Source of the DNA: Mobula hypostoma
Taxonomy: Eukaryota
Assembly (NCBI RefSeq): GCF_963921235.1
Contig: NC_086097.1
Span: forward strand, 159,776,001 to 159,840,000
Direction: 5' to 3'
Length of the DNA stretch: 64,000 nt
In this document: positions 60,039-64,000 of the stretch, in pieces
Numbering within the stretch: position 1 is the stretch's first letter
Layout of the letters: the number at the start of each line of letters is the position of its first letter
Made by a program: the position numbers and the translations under genes
The notes under the pieces: model-generated
Seen by the model: the letters and a program-made list of their open reading frames with translations, nothing else
What the model was told of the DNA's origin: nothing
Databases searched by the model: none

Positions 60039-62149
60039 ATTACTTCAACTATCTCTCTGTCACCCACTTGACAACCCATAGCTCCAACAACTTGCTCAGC
60101 TTCATTTCTCTGATGATTCTGATTATCCTGAGTCTCTCTCTCAATCCAATTCCCCATTAAATTGTATTTGTTGATATTCCCTGTATCTCCTACAGTGAAG
60201 ATTGATGCCAAATGCCTGCTTAATTCATTTGCCTTCTCTTTATTTTCCATTAATAATTCTCAAATCTCACTTTCTATGGGACTTGAGTTCATTTTTGTTA
60301 ATTCCCTTTTTAAATGTCTATAGAAACTCATATTATTTGTCTTACATTTCTGGCTAGCTTTATATCATATGCTAATTTTTGGTTCCTTATTAATTTTTCA
60401 TTACATCATGTTCTAATTCAATATCCAACCACTGAAACACTGTAATTGTCCTAATTGAATAGGAGAGGACTGTAGTGAAGATATCATAAAGGACTGCTTT
60501 TAAATCAACCACTGTAGTGTCTCAACATAGCCGCAGAAGGACTGAATCAAGGTGAATTCTTCGGCCACAAATGAACAGTAAGGTCTACGATGATTATATT
60601 GAGGTAACATACTGTTATATTTTGCTTCTCCATATGTTAAAAAATAAACATAAAAACCCATAACTAATGGTTATTGCATGTACTTGGGATTGGCGTAGAT
60701 AGATGATCAACACAGATTTGATGCAGCTAGGGGTCTGTATCTATGTCATACAATTCTATGTCAAACATCGGGACACATGGTACCAAATCTAATCTTCTTT
60801 TACCTTGCTCTGGGTATTGTTTATCCTGATACAAGGGCAGATCACAGTCGGCTGGAGAAGATTGCCAAAAATTGCTTTTCATCAAAGACAATTAAACATC
60901 AAATTTTATGTCTACCAGCTGAAGTTACTTTGGTAGGAAATCTCAAGTAATTTTCTGGAAATAATATTCCAAGACTAACATTAGTCTGACTTCATGCTCT
61001 CCATTTTAAATACACAACTGGCAAACTATGATATAAAGTTAGTACGAAAGGTGACAGAAGGAAACAATGTTTGCAAAAGAATATAGACAGATTATGTAAG
61101 TGAGTGATGGAGTACAAAGGGAAAAATCTGAGAGTATTTAGATAAACAGAAAATATTTTTAAAGTATGAGAAACTTGTAAATTCTAGTAGACCGGGCACA
61201 ATCAAAGAAGGCAAAAAAAAAATCAGTGTTAAAGAGCAATTAGAAAATAGGAAGGCAGAGGATCTTTTAGTCTTTACTGTTTGGTGCAAAAGCAGAAAAT
61301 GCTGAAATGTTTGGCAAGTCAAGCAGTGTTTATGAGCAGTTAGCTGAAGATGTGAGAAAACAATTAAATAGATTATGAAGGAAGGATTGCTGGCCAAATG
61401 AAATACAAGCCTTACAAGCCTGTATATTACCTTTGTCTATCCACTCCTCCCACCTCCCCCACTCCACCACCAATCTTCTCTGCAACTTAACATTGACTTG
61501 TTTTCTCAATTCTTCCGTTCTGATGAAGAATTATTGATCTGACATATAAATTCTGCTTTAGTTTTACACTTGCCTTTTGACATACTGAACATTTCCACCA
61601 TATTCTTAATTTATCGTAGACTTCCAGCATCCACAAGTTTTTACTTTCATTTGTTGCTTGGAGGTTGAAGTACAAGAGTAAAGAGGCTTTGCTGCAAATG
61701 TTCAGGGTTTGACGGGATGACATCTTGATGCGTGTGTGCAGATTTAGAGTCTGTGCCTCTGGAAGAAAAATAGCAGCATTGCAATCAAAATCTATCATAT
61801 TAATTCTGGGCTTGTGGGAGCTGTCCTCAGTGGAGAGATTAAGTAAAATTAATTATACACTAGAAAAAAATAACTTTTTAGAAATATTTAGCATTCTGCG
61901 AGGGATTATGAGAAAAAAGCTTGTTTGACTTGGGTGGAAAATCCACAAAGAGCGTTGTAGTCTGCATCTAGGAACATCTAGGAATGAGAGGATCATGAAT
62001 TGGAATCTAGAATTTTAAGGAATCTCTTCTATGATAATTTTGTTAGTTTCCAATTGCACAAATTCTTATGGAGTATTGCTTGTAGCAGAAAGCATCCTTT
62101 AATCCAGACGTGATGGGATTGCTTGGGGTATTGTCTTCTTCATTTGTTA

Positions 62150-62430
62150 TTTGTATGTACTTATTAATTTAGAGATGCTATGTGGAACGGGTCAATGAGC
62201 TGCACCATTCAGCAGCCCACCTATTTAAACCTTACAGTGACCAATTAACCTACTAACCAGAATGTCTTTGAAATGTGGGAGGAGACCGGAGCATCCTAAG
62301 GAAACCCATCTGTTCATGGACATACAAACTCCTTACAGATGGCACATGAATTGAACGCTGAACTCCAAACTCCGACACCCTGAGCTGCAATAGCATTGAA
62401 CTAACCATTACACTACCATAGCAACCCATG
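62150..62430 (-). mobile_element. tRNA-derived V-SINE
   Basis: gaccaattaacctactaacc...gtctttgaaatgtgggaggagaccggagca...tacaaactccttacag...ctaaccattacactacc. Confidence 0.8.
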
Positions 62431-64000
62431 GTATGTGAGATGACTAATTTTAACAAATAAAGTATGATATACACTGTAAGATAACCCCAACAATATTTTT
62501 GAATCAATAATCAATGCCATTTTTAGCCAGCTACTGATTCATTTTTGACTAAATGGTTCTCTGGGGGAAGGTAGTAGACCATATAATTACGATGCATTCT
62601 AGAATACAAGTGACCCTGCATTGCAGTCATTCAGATTACAGAAATTTGCTCTTACTAAATTCACAAATCATTACTCAAATACTTCTGATATGGAATAAAA
62701 TTTGCATATACAGAATTTTTGTGAAAAAAATGAAAAGTCAACACAACATTTCCCTCTTTTCAATTTATGTTTCTTGACACATATGTAGATGTCACGTAGT
62801 TATTTTAAGGAAAAATGTAATACTGGCTGTTTCTACGAACGCCAACCTCCATAACCTGAGTGTTCTTTTAAGCCCTCTATTCAAAATCCATTGAAAAACA
62901 AGTTCATATTCTAATTAAATTGCAGCTCAGATGCATAACTAAAAAAATATAACTGGTGAGAAATAACTTGGCAATAAATTTTTTTAAAAACTTCTACTCT
63001 TTGCATGAAGCAGGATGCCTATAAACTGAAAATGGATAATTTAAATCCGCAGTGGATTAACCTCTAAGTTAAAAGACATCGTGGAGTTAAACTCATATCT
63101 TCTTACTGAAAACCTGAATACAGAAAATTCTTTTTAAAGCAGTCACTGACCCCTTGCTCCTATTTCCATGTAGTTTGAATGATCCTGAGCAAAAGGAATG
63201 AGTGCAAACAGGGAGTTTAATACAAACTGCACAAATTATTTTTACAATTCTGATTTGGATTTAGCACATCATTGGTGCCTTAGATAGTGGCTACTTCTCA
63301 TAAAAAGGCATTAAATGATTTGAACATTATCTCATTCAGGCTATTTATATGGTGAGGGCACTATGGAAATCATTACCCAGAGAGGTTGTACAAGATTCCA
63401 GCTGAGTCAGTTAATTAATAAACTTATATCTCTAATTGAAAGTTATGCTGTAGGGCACTGAGATCCCACACCAATCCTAAGCACTTTCACTAACATCACA
63501 GAGAAAAAGATAATAATGCTGCCTGGGGGACTTATTTTGATATTCAAATATACTTTCACTTTAAAGAATTAGGTTTTATGTTTGCTGACTTGACATCCCA
63601 ACGAACAATTGAAGCTTCATATAATTACACATTTAATCTCCCAAAGCAACTGAACATTGACATTATTTATTTTGTCAAAATTGTTCTTAACTGAAGCTAA
63701 ATGTGATTTTAATGAAAATTAAACTTATTAAGCTGCATTGCAGTATCCAACCTGTTATAATCAATTGCATACAGTGTATCTCCTTTTTTGTGTGTATACA
63801 TACTATACACGTACTGCATATACACAAAACAACATCTTCCAATCCATTTTCCAATTTGACCCAATCCCTTAATCTATACTGGAGCTTTGCACTTGGTACT
63901 TACCTAATCATCTTTAGAAATCTAATATTGTTCCTGTTCCCCACACACTTTCAGGAAGTGGATTCCAAATATAAAAGAGCTTGCTTATTTTGAAAGCATT

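Noticed and set aside
1..64000. Prokaryotic or viral system (operon, retron, defence island)
   Set aside because: Low coding density, CpG decay and vertebrate TE families throughout; all RT motifs belong to LINE, PLE or Gypsy classes

Overview
Eukaryotic, AT-rich, repeat-dense vertebrate genomic DNA, either intergenic or deep intronic. The repeat mix (CR1 LINEs with esterase ORF1, Neptune-type Penelope-like elements, Rex1/Babar, RTE, L2 and Hero LINEs, V-SINEs and a Deu-domain SINE) suggests a cartilaginous fish, probably a ray; this is an inference. I could not support any host protein-coding gene, rRNA, true tRNA or CRISPR array, and nearly all long ORFs are transposon remnants. Main elements: two young Penelope-like (PLE) copies (34889-36619, 45362-46542) and many older PLE pieces; an old PLE (about 15085-21430) split by four nested insertions, including a doubly deleted Gypsy provirus (18512-21011) and a 1.24-kb solo LTR (15797-17035); a decayed Sushi-like chromovirus (about 36630-39780); a near full-length CR1 (53072-58400) carrying a hAT element; and several MITEs. 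The most interesting signal is the PLE family. Its 3' region carries a minimal hammerhead ribozyme motif with a palindromic helix III. The window also records several outcomes of its integration: a base-precise twin-priming-like 5' inversion, variable 3' ends with target microhomology, a 23-bp micro-insertion with a 15-bp TSD, and a probable 3' transduction of about 380 bp of non-element DNA. Coordinates were read by eye; boundaries of old fragments are approximate.
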